Below are positions 53,324 to 64,000 of a DNA stretch of 64,000 nucleotides, piece after piece. The notes below the pieces were generated by a model. It did not search any database. It was not told the DNA's origin and was given only the letters and a program-made list of their open reading frames with translations. Every line of letters starts with the position of its first letter. The stretch's first letter is position 1. Position numbers and translations under genes: made by a program. The stretch is from Deltaproteobacteria bacterium (GTDB lineage: Bacteria; Myxococcota; UBA727; VGSZ01): NCBI GenBank assembly GCA_016177705.1, contig JACOUT010000002.1, forward strand, positions 213,604 through 277,603, given 5' to 3'.

Positions 53324-54349
53324 TCATGGTTGCCCGCCCGCAATGCCCGGCGACGGCTCCGTACCGGTTGCCGGCGCTTGCGTCGCGACCATCACGACGG
53401 TGGCGGCCACCGGCACCAGCGGCCGCAGCAGCAGGCGCACGCCCGGCAGGTTGGTCGAGAGCTGCACGAGGGCGAGGCCGATCGCCTCCCACGGCGCGCG
53501 CGCGACGACGGCGGCCGGGCGGTGCAGCAGTCCCATCGGGCGCGCGATCGCCCGCACCCACAGGCGCGCCGGCCCGTAGAGCGCGGGGTGGCGCGCGCTG
53601 CCGGCCTCGACCCATCGCAACGGTGCCCACGCGGGCGCTCCCCCGTCACGCCAGGCGTGGCCCGTGCGGCCGATGGTGAGCACCGCCAGCCAATAGAGCG
53701 AGATGGCGAGCAGCGCGGCGTTGGGCAGTTGCGCGAGCGCCCACTGGGCGGCGAGCGCGACGGCGCGCAGCGCACCATCGTCGTGACGGGCGAGCCAGCG
53801 CGAGGGGCCGAGCACGATGGCACCCAGCAGCAGCACCGCCGGGGCGGCCGAGACGGCGAGCACGAGCGCGGCTTGCACGCGTCGCTGGAAGCCCTCGAAC
53901 ACCCAGCCGAGATCGAGGGACAAGCGCGGTCGCTCGACGATCTCGTCGGGCTCGACCCCGGCGGCGCGCGCGAGGCGCATGGAGATCTCGTCGTGGAACT
54001 GACGCGAGATCGCGATGACGATCCACTGTGTCACCACCACGGTCGCGTACAGCGTGAGCGCGAAGCGCGCGAAGCGGCGCCAGCTCGAGGTGACGCGGTG
54101 CAGGTCGCCGTCGAAGGCGAGCCAGCCGACCGCGGCCGCCAGCACGACGGCGAGCTGGATGCCGAGCACCCAAAGGTACCGGCGCCGCAGCGCGGGCTCG
54201 CGCCAAAGGACACGCGCCAGGCCGCCGACGACGGCCGCGCCCCACGCCACGCGCGCGAGCCGACCAGCGCCGTGCGACCGCTGCAAGCTGCCGGCGCGCA
54301 ACGCGGCGAGCGGCCCGGCAGGTGCGTCGACGACGGCGGCGCCCTTCAC
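53324..54349 (-). CDS. Polytopic membrane protein of unknown function
   Basis: Multiple hydrophobic helices. GTG start 2 nt after the gpmI stop. Confidence 0.4.
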   Translation of the reverse strand: MKGAAVVDAPAGPLAALRAGSLQRSHGAGRLARVAWGAAVVGGLARVLWREPALRRRYLWVLGIQLAVVLAAAVGWLAFDGDLHRVTSSWRRFARFALTLYATVVVTQWIVIAISRQFHDEISMRLARAAGVEPDEIVERPRLSLDLGWVFEGFQRRVQAALVLAVSAAPAVLLLGAIVLGPSRWLARHDDGALRAVALAAQWALAQLPNAALLAISLYWLAVLTIGRTGHAWRDGGAPAWAPLRWVEAGSARHPALYGPARLWVRAIARPMGLLHRPAAVVARAPWEAIGLALVQLSTNLPGVRLLLRPLVPVAATVVMVATQAPATGTEPSPGIAGGQP

Positions 54350-54351
54350 CG

Positions 54352-56007
<1,656 letters not shown>

Positions 56008-56073
56008 GGGCGCTCCTGATCCGGGGTTTGACCGGGATCCCCTTCGTACCTACCTTGCCCGGAGGAGGTTTGC

Positions 56074-56298
56074 ATGAGCGACGCGCCCTTCGCCCTGAAG
56101 ATCGAGGGCATGCACTGCGGCAACTGCGTCAAGCGGGTCATGACCGCGCTCGAGGCCGTCGAGGGCGTGACGGTCGACCAGGCGGAGGTAGGCCGCGTCA
56201 CCGGCTCCTTCGATCCCGACGACACGAACCCGCAGGCCCTCGCCGAAGCGGTGACGCGCGCCGGCTACCCGGCCACCGTCGACGGCGCAGCGAGCTAG
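56074..56298 (+). CDS. copZ: Copper chaperone (HMA domain)
   Basis: GMHCGNCV metal-binding motif. Confidence 0.8.
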   Translation: MSDAPFALKIEGMHCGNCVKRVMTALEAVEGVTVDQAEVGRVTGSFDPDDTNPQALAEAVTRAGYPATVDGAAS

Positions 56299-56301
56299 CA
56301 C

Positions 56302-58674
56302 ATGTCCGACGAGGGATCCGCCCTCGAGTCGGTCACGCTGCCGGTCGGCGGCATGACGTGCGCGTCCTGCGTCGCACACGTCGAGGGCGCGCTCAAAGAG
56401 AACCCGGGCGTCTCCGATGCCACCGTCAGCTTGATGACGCGCAGCGCGACCGTGAAATTCGCGCGCGCCGTGACCACCCCCGAGGCGCTCGTCGAGGCCG
56501 TGCGCAAGTCCGGCTACACGGCCGACTTGCCTCGGCGCGATCTGCTCGCCGCCCAGCGCGCCGACGACGCGGCGCACGCGCGCGAGGCGCGCTCGCTGGT
56601 GGTGCGCGCGCTGCTGCTGCTCGGCGGCATGGTGCTCACCATGTTCGCCTCCATGCCGCTCATGACCGCGCATGCCGGCCACGCGCAGGCCGACCCGTTG
56701 ATGGCGGCCTTCGCGCGCGCGCTCGATCCGCCGACGCGAGCCGCGCTGCCCTGGCTCTACCGCCTCGACACGCAGCTCCTTGGTGTTGCGCTGCTGGTAG
56801 CCAGCGTGGCGCTGGTCGCGGTGGGCGCGCGCACCGTGTTCCTGCGCGCGTGGTCGGCGGCCCGGCACAAGGGCACCGACATGAACACGCTGGTCGCGCT
56901 CGGCGCGCTCGCCGGCCTCGGCATGTCGGCGTTCTCCGTGCTCTTTCCCCACGTGCTCGTCGACAACGGGGCCGCGCCCGACGTGTATTTCGAGGGCGTG
57001 CTCGGCATCCTCGGCTTCGTGCTGCTCGGCCAGGGGCTCGAAGCGCGAGCGCGCAAACAGACCACGAGCGCGCTCGCCGCGCTCGCCTCGCTCGAGGCCA
57101 CGCGCGCGCGCATCGAGACCGAGGAGGGCGAGCGCGACCTCCCCATCGACGACCTGCGCCGCGAGGATCTGCTGGTCATCCGGCCGGGCGAGCGCGTGCC
57201 CGCCGACTCCACGGTGGAGGAGGGATCGAGCAGCGTCGACGAGGCCATGCTGACCGGCGAGAGCGCGCCGGTGAAGAAGGAGCGGGGCGCGCGCCTGGTG
57301 GGCGGCACGGTCAACGGCTCGGGCGTGCTCAAGGCGCGCGTCAGCGCGCTCGGTGACGACAGCGTGGTCGCCAAAATGGTGCGCCTGATGCGCGACGCGC
57401 AGGCGCGGCGCGCGCCCATCCAGCACCTCGCCGATCGCGTGAGCGCGATGTTCGTGCCCTCGGTGATGGTGCTGTCGGCGCTCACGCTGGCGGCGTGGCT
57501 CGTGTTCGGCGTGGGCGGCGCGCCCGGCGCGGTGCAGGCCGTGCACGCGGCCGTCGCGGTGCTGGTGGTGGCGTGCCCGTGTGCCATGGGCCTGGCGGTT
57601 CCGACCGCCGTGATGGTCGCGACCGGCGTGGCCGCGCGGCGCGGCGTGGTGCTGCGCGGCGGCGACGCCCTGCAGCGCGGCGCCGGCATCGACACCATCG
57701 TGTTCGACAAGACCGGCACCTTGACGGTCGGGCACCCCGTGCTGGTCGACGTCGTCGAGGCCGTGGACAGCGCCGTCGAGGACAGCGCCGTCGAGGACAT
57801 CGGCGCCACCGACGCCGCGCTCGCACTGGCGGCCGCCGTCGAGAAGAGCTCGGAGCACCCGCTGGCCCGCGCCCTGGTGGATGCGGCCGCGTCGCGCGCG
57901 CTCAAGCTGCCGCGCGCGAAGGAGGTGCGCGCGCTGCCGGGCGCCGGCGTCGAGGGCATGGTCGAGAAGCGGCCCGTGCAGGTGTTGAGCATTCGTGCTG
58001 CCACCCAGATCGCGCCGCTGCCCGAGCGTTTGCGTGAGGCGGCGGCGCGCCACGAGAGCACCGGCGCCACCTGCGTGGTGCTGATCGACAAAGGCGCACC
58101 GAGCGCCCTGTTCGCGCTCGCCGACGCGCTGCGGGACAGCGCCGCGCCCACGGTGGCGGCGCTGCGAGCCGCAGGGGTCGAGAGCGTGATGCTGACCGGC
58201 GATCGCCGCGCGGTGGCCGAGCACATCGCCAAGCGCGCGGGCATCGCGACTGTGCACGCCGAGACCCTGCCGGCCGACAAGGTCGAGGTGGTGCGCGCGC
58301 TCAAGGCGCAAGGCAAGAAGGTCGCGATGGTCGGCGACGGCGTCAACGACGCCGCCGCGCTTGCCGCCGCCGATCTTGGTGTGGCGCTCGCGAGCGGCAC
58401 CGACGTCGCGCGCGAGGCGAGCGACGTAACGCTGATGCGCCCCGACCTCGCCGCCATTCCCTCGGTGCTCGGCCTCTCGCGCGCGGCGCTCTCGACCATG
58501 AAGCGCAACCTGCTCTGGGCAGCGGGCTACAACGTGCTCGCCATCCCGGTCGCCATGGGGGTGCTGGTGCCGCTGGTCGGTGTGCCCATGAGCCCGGTGA
58601 TCGCGAGCCTAGCCATGGCCTTCTCGTCGGTCAGCGTGGTGCTCTCGAGCCTGTGGCTGGCGCGCTTCCGATAG
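56302..58674 (+). CDS. copA: Copper-translocating P1B-type ATPase
   Basis: N-terminal GMTCASCV, CPC in TM6, DKTGTLT, GDGVNDAAAL. Confidence 0.9.
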   Translation: MSDEGSALESVTLPVGGMTCASCVAHVEGALKENPGVSDATVSLMTRSATVKFARAVTTPEALVEAVRKSGYTADLPRRDLLAAQRADDAAHAREARSLVVRALLLLGGMVLTMFASMPLMTAHAGHAQADPLMAAFARALDPPTRAALPWLYRLDTQLLGVALLVASVALVAVGARTVFLRAWSAARHKGTDMNTLVALGALAGLGMSAFSVLFPHVLVDNGAAPDVYFEGVLGILGFVLLGQGLEARARKQTTSALAALASLEATRARIETEEGERDLPIDDLRREDLLVIRPGERVPADSTVEEGSSSVDEAMLTGESAPVKKERGARLVGGTVNGSGVLKARVSALGDDSVVAKMVRLMRDAQARRAPIQHLADRVSAMFVPSVMVLSALTLAAWLVFGVGGAPGAVQAVHAAVAVLVVACPCAMGLAVPTAVMVATGVAARRGVVLRGGDALQRGAGIDTIVFDKTGTLTVGHPVLVDVVEAVDSAVEDSAVEDIGATDAALALAAAVEKSSEHPLARALVDAAASRALKLPRAKEVRALPGAGVEGMVEKRPVQVLSIRAATQIAPLPERLREAAARHESTGATCVVLIDKGAPSALFALADALRDSAAPTVAALRAAGVESVMLTGDRRAVAEHIAKRAGIATVHAETLPADKVEVVRALKAQGKKVAMVGDGVNDAAALAAADLGVALASGTDVAREASDVTLMRPDLAAIPSVLGLSRAALSTMKRNLLWAAGYNVLAIPVAMGVLVPLVGVPMSPVIASLAMAFSSVSVVLSSLWLARFR

Positions 58675-58690
58675 CGGCGCACGCGACGCG

Positions 58691-59893
58691 CTACTCGAGC
58701 CGAGCGCCCGCCGCGATCCACGCACCCAGCTCCGCCCGCTCCGCCTCGGTCATCTGCGTCTTGTTGACGAACGGCATGGTGCTGGTCTTGACCGCGCGCT
58801 CCAAGATGCGAGGCGCCATCGCCTGGATCTGCGCCGCCGAGTCGAACACGACGTTGTTGGGCGCGACCTTGAACACGTCGTCGGTGGGGACGGCCGCGTG
58901 GCAGGAGGCGCACCGTTTGACGATGATTTCTTGCGCCCGCGCGAAGCCGACGGGGCCGCTCGCCTGGACCCGTGTCGCCGACACGCGCGTCAGTCCGACC
59001 AGCCCGCCGATGCCGACGGCGGCGGCCACCGCGGCGGGCAAAAGCCAACGCGCGCGCGGCAGTTCAGCGCCGGCGCCGAGGTAGCGCACGTTCATGAAGT
59101 GCCGCACACCGGCGCCGCCGAGCATCACCACGCAGAGGATCAGCCAGTTGAGCTGATGGCCGTAGGCGCTCGGGAAGTGGTTCGACAGCATGATGAACAG
59201 GAGCGGGTACGTCAGGTAGTTGTTGTGGATGCTGCGCTGCTTGGCGCGGATCGAGAACGACGGATCCTGGTCGCGCCCTTCCTTGGTGGCAGCCATCAGC
59301 TCGCGCTGCGACGGCACGATGACCATCCACACGTTGCCGGTCATGACCGTGCCGATGAGGACGCCGATCTCGATATAGGCGGCGCGGCCGCTGAATAGCT
59401 GTGAGAAGCCCCAGGCGGCACCGCAGAGGGCCGCAAAGGAGAGCGCCGCCGCGAGCGCAGGCATGCGCGCGCCGAGCAGCCGCCACACCAGGTCGTAGAC
59501 CAGCCATGCGACGACGAGGGCGCCGACCGAGATGGCGATGGCCACGGTGGGCGTGAGCGCGCGCACGCTCGGATCAACCAGGAAGGCGGCGCCGTTCAGG
59601 TAGTAGACCACCACCATCAGCGAGATGCCGGTCGCCCAGGTAGCGAAGTTCTGCCACTTGAACCAGTGCAGCGTCGCCGGCATCTCGCCCGGCTCGAGCA
59701 GCTTCTTCTCGACGTCGTAGAAGGCGCCCGAGTGGACCATGAAGATCTTGCCCTGCGAGAGACGCGGCAGCGACGCGCCCTTCTCCAGGTTGCGGTCCAA
59801 CCAGTTGAACAGCATCGAGTTGCCGATCCACATGATGCCGGCGATCAAGTGCGCCCAGCGAAACACCACGTCGAGCAACTCGGTGAGGCCCAA
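58691..59893 (-). CDS. Membrane protein with C-terminal c-type heme site (urate hydroxylase PuuD-like)
   Basis: Several TM helices. C-terminal CASCHA heme-c motif. The start is uncertain (TTG at 59893; the longest ORF runs to 60037 but begins with Arg-rich junk). Confidence 0.45.
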   Translation of the reverse strand: MGLTELLDVVFRWAHLIAGIMWIGNSMLFNWLDRNLEKGASLPRLSQGKIFMVHSGAFYDVEKKLLEPGEMPATLHWFKWQNFATWATGISLMVVVYYLNGAAFLVDPSVRALTPTVAIAISVGALVVAWLVYDLVWRLLGARMPALAAALSFAALCGAAWGFSQLFSGRAAYIEIGVLIGTVMTGNVWMVIVPSQRELMAATKEGRDQDPSFSIRAKQRSIHNNYLTYPLLFIMLSNHFPSAYGHQLNWLILCVVMLGGAGVRHFMNVRYLGAGAELPRARWLLPAAVAAAVGIGGLVGLTRVSATRVQASGPVGFARAQEIIVKRCASCHAAVPTDDVFKVAPNNVVFDSAAQIQAMAPRILERAVKTSTMPFVNKTQMTEAERAELGAWIAAGARLE

Positions 59894-59945
59894 AGCGGCG
59901 GCAGTATAGGGCCGCCTGCCGCGCCCGCAAGGGTCGCCCTCGTGT

Positions 59946-60689
59946 TCAGCCGGACGGCGGCGCCGACGCGGGGTCGATGACCGGCGGCGGCGGCGGCACC
60001 GAGGCCGGCGGTGACGCGATCGGCGCTGCCGGCGCAACGGCGGGCGTCGAGGTCGCCGCCGCCTTGATGCGCTCCGTCAGATCCTTGTTGAACGCGCGCG
60101 TCGCCTTGCGGTAGTCGCCGGCCGCCAGCCCCGACGACAGCGGCACCGCCGTCAACTGGAACACGAACCCCACCGGCACGGCGAGCATGAGGCCGGCGAA
60201 GGCGCCGCTGATGGCGCCGTTCACCATCGCGTTGGCGTCGTCGCCGGTGAAGCCGTCGGCCGTACCCGCGAGCGCGCTGGCGGCGCCAGCCGCCGCCGCG
60301 ATGCCGACGGTGCCGGCGTAGATCATGCCGAGCGTGGTGGGCGCATGGGTGAAGCGGTCGAACGCGACGAAGCCCGTGTCGGCCGCCTCCTCGGCGGGCA
60401 GCGACGTCGCCACGTAGGCCTCGGCGTTCTCCGAATAGGCCGGGGTCGCGACCTGCGCCACGGTCTCGCCGATCTCGACGCCGACCTCGATCGGATCGAC
60501 CCCGGGCCGCCGGAACAACCCGTCCTTGAGCGCCAGCTCGTACTTGCGCTGGAGCGCCGCCTGCTTCTCGGTCGAGCCGTCGTTCACCAGATCGAGCTCG
60601 GTGGGGCCACGACCGATCGACAGGGTGCCGCAGCCGGCGAGCGGCGTGGTCAGGAGCGCGAGCATGCTGGCGAGGAGAAGGGCGCGCAT
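59946..60689 (-). CDS. Lipoprotein of unknown function
   Basis: MRALLLASMLALLTTPLAGC lipobox. C-terminal Pro/Ala-rich tail. Confidence 0.5.
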   Translation of the reverse strand: MRALLLASMLALLTTPLAGCGTLSIGRGPTELDLVNDGSTEKQAALQRKYELALKDGLFRRPGVDPIEVGVEIGETVAQVATPAYSENAEAYVATSLPAEEAADTGFVAFDRFTHAPTTLGMIYAGTVGIAAAAGAASALAGTADGFTGDDANAMVNGAISGAFAGLMLAVPVGFVFQLTAVPLSSGLAAGDYRKATRAFNKDLTERIKAAATSTPAVAPAAPIASPPASVPPPPPVIDPASAPPSG

Positions 60690-60798
60690 TTGACGAATCC
60701 TCCAAACGGCGTCTCGCGCGGGTGTGCGAGTCATCACCAGTGCGAGCGGCGCCGACACCAGGCAGACGTGCGCCACCTGGAACCGATTCAGGCCCGAT

Positions 60799-62382
60799 TC
60801 AGCGCCGCAGCACCTGGCCGAGCGCGCGCACGCCGAGCACGGCGCCTGCGGCCATCACGCCGCCGAGCAGCGCCCCGGCAACGCCGGCGGTGGCGACATC
60901 GGCGCCCGCGAGCAAGAGCCCCGGCAGCGGCGTCTGCGGCCGAAGCGGCGAGGTGTAGCGCGCAGGCCCATGGTCGATGCCGTACAGCTCACCGCGCGCG
61001 AAGCCGCCGAAGTGCGCGGCCGACAGCGGCGTCGACAACTCGGCGACGTCGACCTTGCCGCGCAACTGCGGCCGCTGCGCGTAGAGCGCTTCGAGGAGGC
61101 GGTCGGTGACGTGGCGCTTGTGCGCCTCGTAGTCGGCGCCGCGGTGGCGCCACCTCGTCCCCTGCCAACGCTCCGTCCACTGCCAGCGCGCCATGGTGAC
61201 GAGGTCGACGGTGGCGCGCCCAGGGTGGCGACGCGCGAAGTCGGGATCCTTCGCCGAGGGGAAGGAGGCGTAGACCACGGGGAACGGCGCCTCGGGGTCC
61301 TCGGTGTAGCGGCGCACGTTCTCGTCGTGTCGCTCGTCCGGGTAGAGCCAGAGGTTGGTGCCGGTGAGCCCGAGGTGCTCGTCGGTCTCGCGGAAACCGA
61401 GATAAAGGGCGTACCAGCTTATAGACGGAGTGGCGCGAGCGAGCGCTTCCTGCCAACGAGCCGGCAGCGAATCGCGCGGCACCAGGCGGCCGAAGGTGTT
61501 GTGCACGCCCGCGTCGCTGATGACGAGCGGCGCGCGCAGCTCCTCGCCGCTCGTAAGCACGACACCGACGGCGCGGCCGCGCTCGACCAGCACGCGGGCC
61601 ACCTCAGCGTTGACCGCGAGGTGGCCGCCCCGCTGCTCGATGACCGGCGCGAAGGCGCGGGCGATGCGCTCGGCGCCGCCCACGGGGTAGAAGGCCCCGC
61701 TAAGGTAGTGCGACACCAGCGCCGCGTGCATGGCGAAGCTCGACTGCGACGGCGGCAGGCCATAGTCGCCGTACTGTCCCGTGAGCACCGCGATCAGCTC
61801 TTCGTCCCTGGTCAGCTCGAGCAGCACCTCGCGCGTGGTGCGGGCGGCCAACGCCGGGAAGCCACGCAGCGCGACGCCACGCGCGAGCAGGTCGAGGCCG
61901 CGCGGTAGTGCGCGCGCGGCGAAGTGCATCGAGCTCTGCCGCGCGGTGGCGCGCACCAGCTCGACGTAACGCGCGATCGCGCCGGCCTCGCGCGGGAAGT
62001 AGCCGGTGAGGCGCTCGACGAAGCGGCTGCGTCCGGCCACCAGGTCGTAGCTGCGCGTACCGAGCACGACGCGGTCATAGACGTCGGGCAAGGGCGCCCA
62101 CTCGACGCTCCCGTCGCTGACCCGATCGAGCAGCGCGCGTACCGCGCCGCCCCTGCCGACCTGACCGACATAGTGGACGCCGACGTCCCAGTCATAGCCG
62201 GCGCGCGCGAAGCTGTGGCTGTAGCCGCCGATGCGGTAATGGCGCTCGAGCACCAGCACGCGCTGGTCGCCGAAGCGCGACAGCATGGCGGCGGCGCTGA
62301 GCCCGCCGATGCCCGAGCCGATCACGATGGCGTCGAAGGCACCGGCCGGCTTGCGTTGCTTCCAGGGGTGCCCGACCTGCAT
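60799..62382 (-). CDS. FAD-dependent oxidoreductase, phytoene desaturase (CrtI) superfamily
   Basis: FDAIVIGSGIGGLSAAAML…VLVLERHYRIGG dinucleotide-binding motif. Confidence 0.7.
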   Translation of the reverse strand: MQVGHPWKQRKPAGAFDAIVIGSGIGGLSAAAMLSRFGDQRVLVLERHYRIGGYSHSFARAGYDWDVGVHYVGQVGRGGAVRALLDRVSDGSVEWAPLPDVYDRVVLGTRSYDLVAGRSRFVERLTGYFPREAGAIARYVELVRATARQSSMHFAARALPRGLDLLARGVALRGFPALAARTTREVLLELTRDEELIAVLTGQYGDYGLPPSQSSFAMHAALVSHYLSGAFYPVGGAERIARAFAPVIEQRGGHLAVNAEVARVLVERGRAVGVVLTSGEELRAPLVISDAGVHNTFGRLVPRDSLPARWQEALARATPSISWYALYLGFRETDEHLGLTGTNLWLYPDERHDENVRRYTEDPEAPFPVVYASFPSAKDPDFARRHPGRATVDLVTMARWQWTERWQGTRWRHRGADYEAHKRHVTDRLLEALYAQRPQLRGKVDVAELSTPLSAAHFGGFARGELYGIDHGPARYTSPLRPQTPLPGLLLAGADVATAGVAGALLGGVMAAGAVLGVRALGQVLRR

Positions 62383-62404
62383 GTGCCTCCCTGTGCGCGT
62401 TGTC

Positions 62405-63661
62405 ATGCCCGGCCCCGTCGAGCAACACTTGCGCGCCGTGCCCGCGACCTTCTTGATTGGCGCGCTCTGGGGCGACGAGGGCAAGGGCCGCGTCGCCGCC
62501 GCGCTCGCGCCCGGCTTCGCGCTCACGGTGCGTGCCACCGGCGGCGGCAACGCCAAACACACGGTGCTGGTCGACGGACAGGCGCTGGCGCTGCGGCACG
62601 TGCCCTGCGGCATCGTCGCCGGCGTCCCCGCGCTGCTCGGCCCCGGCATGTTGGTGCACCCGCTCGCGCTCGTGGAGGAGCTGGCGCTGCTCGATCGCAC
62701 GGGCATCGACGCCGGCCTGGTGCGCGTGTCGGCGGGCGCGACCGTGGTGCTGCCGGAGCACGTGGACGAGGACGTCGCGCGTGAGCGCATGCGTCCGCTC
62801 GGCACCACGAGGAGCGGCATCGGCCCGGCGCTCGTCGACAAGGCGCGCAGGGTCGCGCTGCGCATGCACGAGCTGACCGACGCGCAGCGCGTGCGGCACG
62901 CGCTGCAATCGCGGACCGTGCGCGCGCGCCCCAAGAGCGAGATCGAGCGACAGGTGCGCGCGCTGGTGCGGGCTGGCCGCGCGCTCGCGCCGCGCCTGGT
63001 CGACGGCGGAGCGTTGGTGCGCGCGGCGCTCGCCCGCGGCGACGACGTGCTGGTGGAGGGCGCGCAAGGCACCTTGCTCGACGTCGATCACGGCACCTGG
63101 CCGCACGTCACCGGCACGCACCCGACCGTCGGCGGGGCGATGGCCGCGCTCGGGCTGCCGGCGCGCGAGGTGGCCCGCGTCATCGGCGTCACGCGCGCGT
63201 ACGCCACGCGGCAGGGTGCCGGGTTGTTCCCCACCGAGGTGCACGGCCGCGAGGAGGGCGCGCTGCGTGCCGCCACTCGGGAGTATTCGGTGCGCATCGG
63301 CTGGCTCGACCTGCAAGCGCTGCGCTACGCCCACGTGCTGAACGGCTTCGACGAGCTGGCCGTGACAGGCCTTGATCGCCTGCGAGGCCTCGAGGTCGTG
63401 AAGCTGGGCGATGGTTGGCTCGACGCGCGCGGCCGCACGCTGACAACGCTGTCGACGGACGGGCCGATAGGCGCCCGTCTCTGCGAGCTGCCGGGCTTCC
63501 TCGACGACGTCACCAACGTGCGTAGCGCGCGCGGCATGCCGCCGGCCGCGCGCGGCTTCCTCGACTTCGTGGAACGATCGGTCGCAGTGCCGGTGCGGCG
63601 CTTCTCGGTCGCGCGTGCCGGGCGTCTTGCCACCCGCCGATCGTTGCTCGGCGCCCGCTGA
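62405..63661 (+). CDS. Adenylosuccinate synthetase-like protein
   Basis: GDEGKGR P-loop-like. VLVEGAQGTLLDVDHGTWPHVT (family motif GAQG..LD.DHGTYP.VTSS). Confidence 0.65.
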   Translation: MPGPVEQHLRAVPATFLIGALWGDEGKGRVAAALAPGFALTVRATGGGNAKHTVLVDGQALALRHVPCGIVAGVPALLGPGMLVHPLALVEELALLDRTGIDAGLVRVSAGATVVLPEHVDEDVARERMRPLGTTRSGIGPALVDKARRVALRMHELTDAQRVRHALQSRTVRARPKSEIERQVRALVRAGRALAPRLVDGGALVRAALARGDDVLVEGAQGTLLDVDHGTWPHVTGTHPTVGGAMAALGLPAREVARVIGVTRAYATRQGAGLFPTEVHGREEGALRAATREYSVRIGWLDLQALRYAHVLNGFDELAVTGLDRLRGLEVVKLGDGWLDARGRTLTTLSTDGPIGARLCELPGFLDDVTNVRSARGMPPAARGFLDFVERSVAVPVRRFSVARAGRLATRRSLLGAR

Positions 63662-63711
63662 TCGGAGAAACTGCGCCTCCGACCTCACGGTCGCAACCAA
63701 GGAGCTCGACC

Positions 63712-64000
63712 CATGCCGCCCGTCACTACCAGGCCGCACAAGCCGCCCAAGGTCCCGCGCGCCCCGAGCCACGTCGGCAGCACGCGCAACAAGAACCTGT
63801 CCGCGCGCGGCATCAAGCTGCTCGAGAAGCTCGAGAAGCTCGGCGCCGACTACAGCCCCGGCGCCTTCAGCCTGACCTTCCAAGAGGTGAAGCACACCGG
63901 CCGCGGCGGCTGGATGAGCTCGCTCGTCGGCGTCAAAGCCGTGGACAAGCTCCAGCACGGCATCGAGGGCGGTCGCAAGATGCGCGTGTACCTGATGGTG
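63712..64000 (+). CDS. Hypothetical protein, truncated by the window end
   Basis: ATG start with coding-like composition. Runs off the window. Confidence 0.3.

Noticed and set aside
56020-56073. Imperfect palindrome GATCCGGGGtttgaCCGGGATC upstream of copZ as a CsoR/CueR operator
   Set aside because: The arms are imperfect (one mismatch). Neither CueR-like spacing nor a CsoR consensus could be verified by eye.

Overview
This is a very GC-rich window (about 70% by eye) that is densely coding on both strands. The gene content points to a myxobacterium (Myxococcales). Three proteins end in a MYXO-CTERM-like tail: GC[AS]… followed by a hydrophobic helix and an Arg-rich end. There are three different cysteine-rich repeat proteins, one of the CGDG…CDDGN type, and (Gly-Glu)n linkers occur in several secreted lipoproteins. 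There is also a Hanks-type Ser/Thr kinase.

About 58 coding sequences are supported. Central metabolism:
- PEP synthase, GTP-dependent PEP carboxykinase, cofactor-independent phosphoglycerate mutase, acetate kinase and an archaeal-type ADP-dependent sugar kinase.
- A Cys-type formate dehydrogenase alpha subunit with the FocA channel, an acetyl-CoA hydrolase/transferase, heme A synthase, and an inositol-monophosphatase-family gene.

Envelope and secreted enzymes:
- A GH-A clan glycosidase and a second glycosidase-like lipoprotein.
- An Amidase_2 peptidoglycan amidase with a new C-terminal Cys-repeat module.
- A c-type cytochrome lipoprotein, a PKD-domain protein and an M20 peptidase.

Stress and regulation:
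- Hsp20, UspA, a TetR regulator, a PAS-GAF histidine kinase, YebC, and the CopZ/CopA copper efflux pair.

The most unusual stretch is an accessory island at about 7.9-13.2 kb that looks lower in GC. It carries:
- a translationally coupled three-gene operon (secreted protein, HExxH zincin-like protein, lipoprotein);
- a VapBC toxin-antitoxin pair;
- a two-helix membrane protein;
- an orphan Dam-family N6-adenine methyltransferase, followed by a four-copy 10-bp tandem repeat.

Other points of interest:
- A conserved AT-rich 21-nt element is shared by two divergent promoter regions.
- A Ser/Thr kinase, a TPR-like membrane protein and a Cys-repeat protein form one operon linked by ATGA/GTGA overlaps.
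- A (GE)n-linker lipoprotein has its only ATG out of frame.
- A class I methyltransferase appears frameshifted.

No rRNA, tRNA, CRISPR array or transposase could be recognised by eye. The many long Arg/Ala-rich ORFs in the six-frame track are treated as shadow ORFs of the GC-rich real genes.
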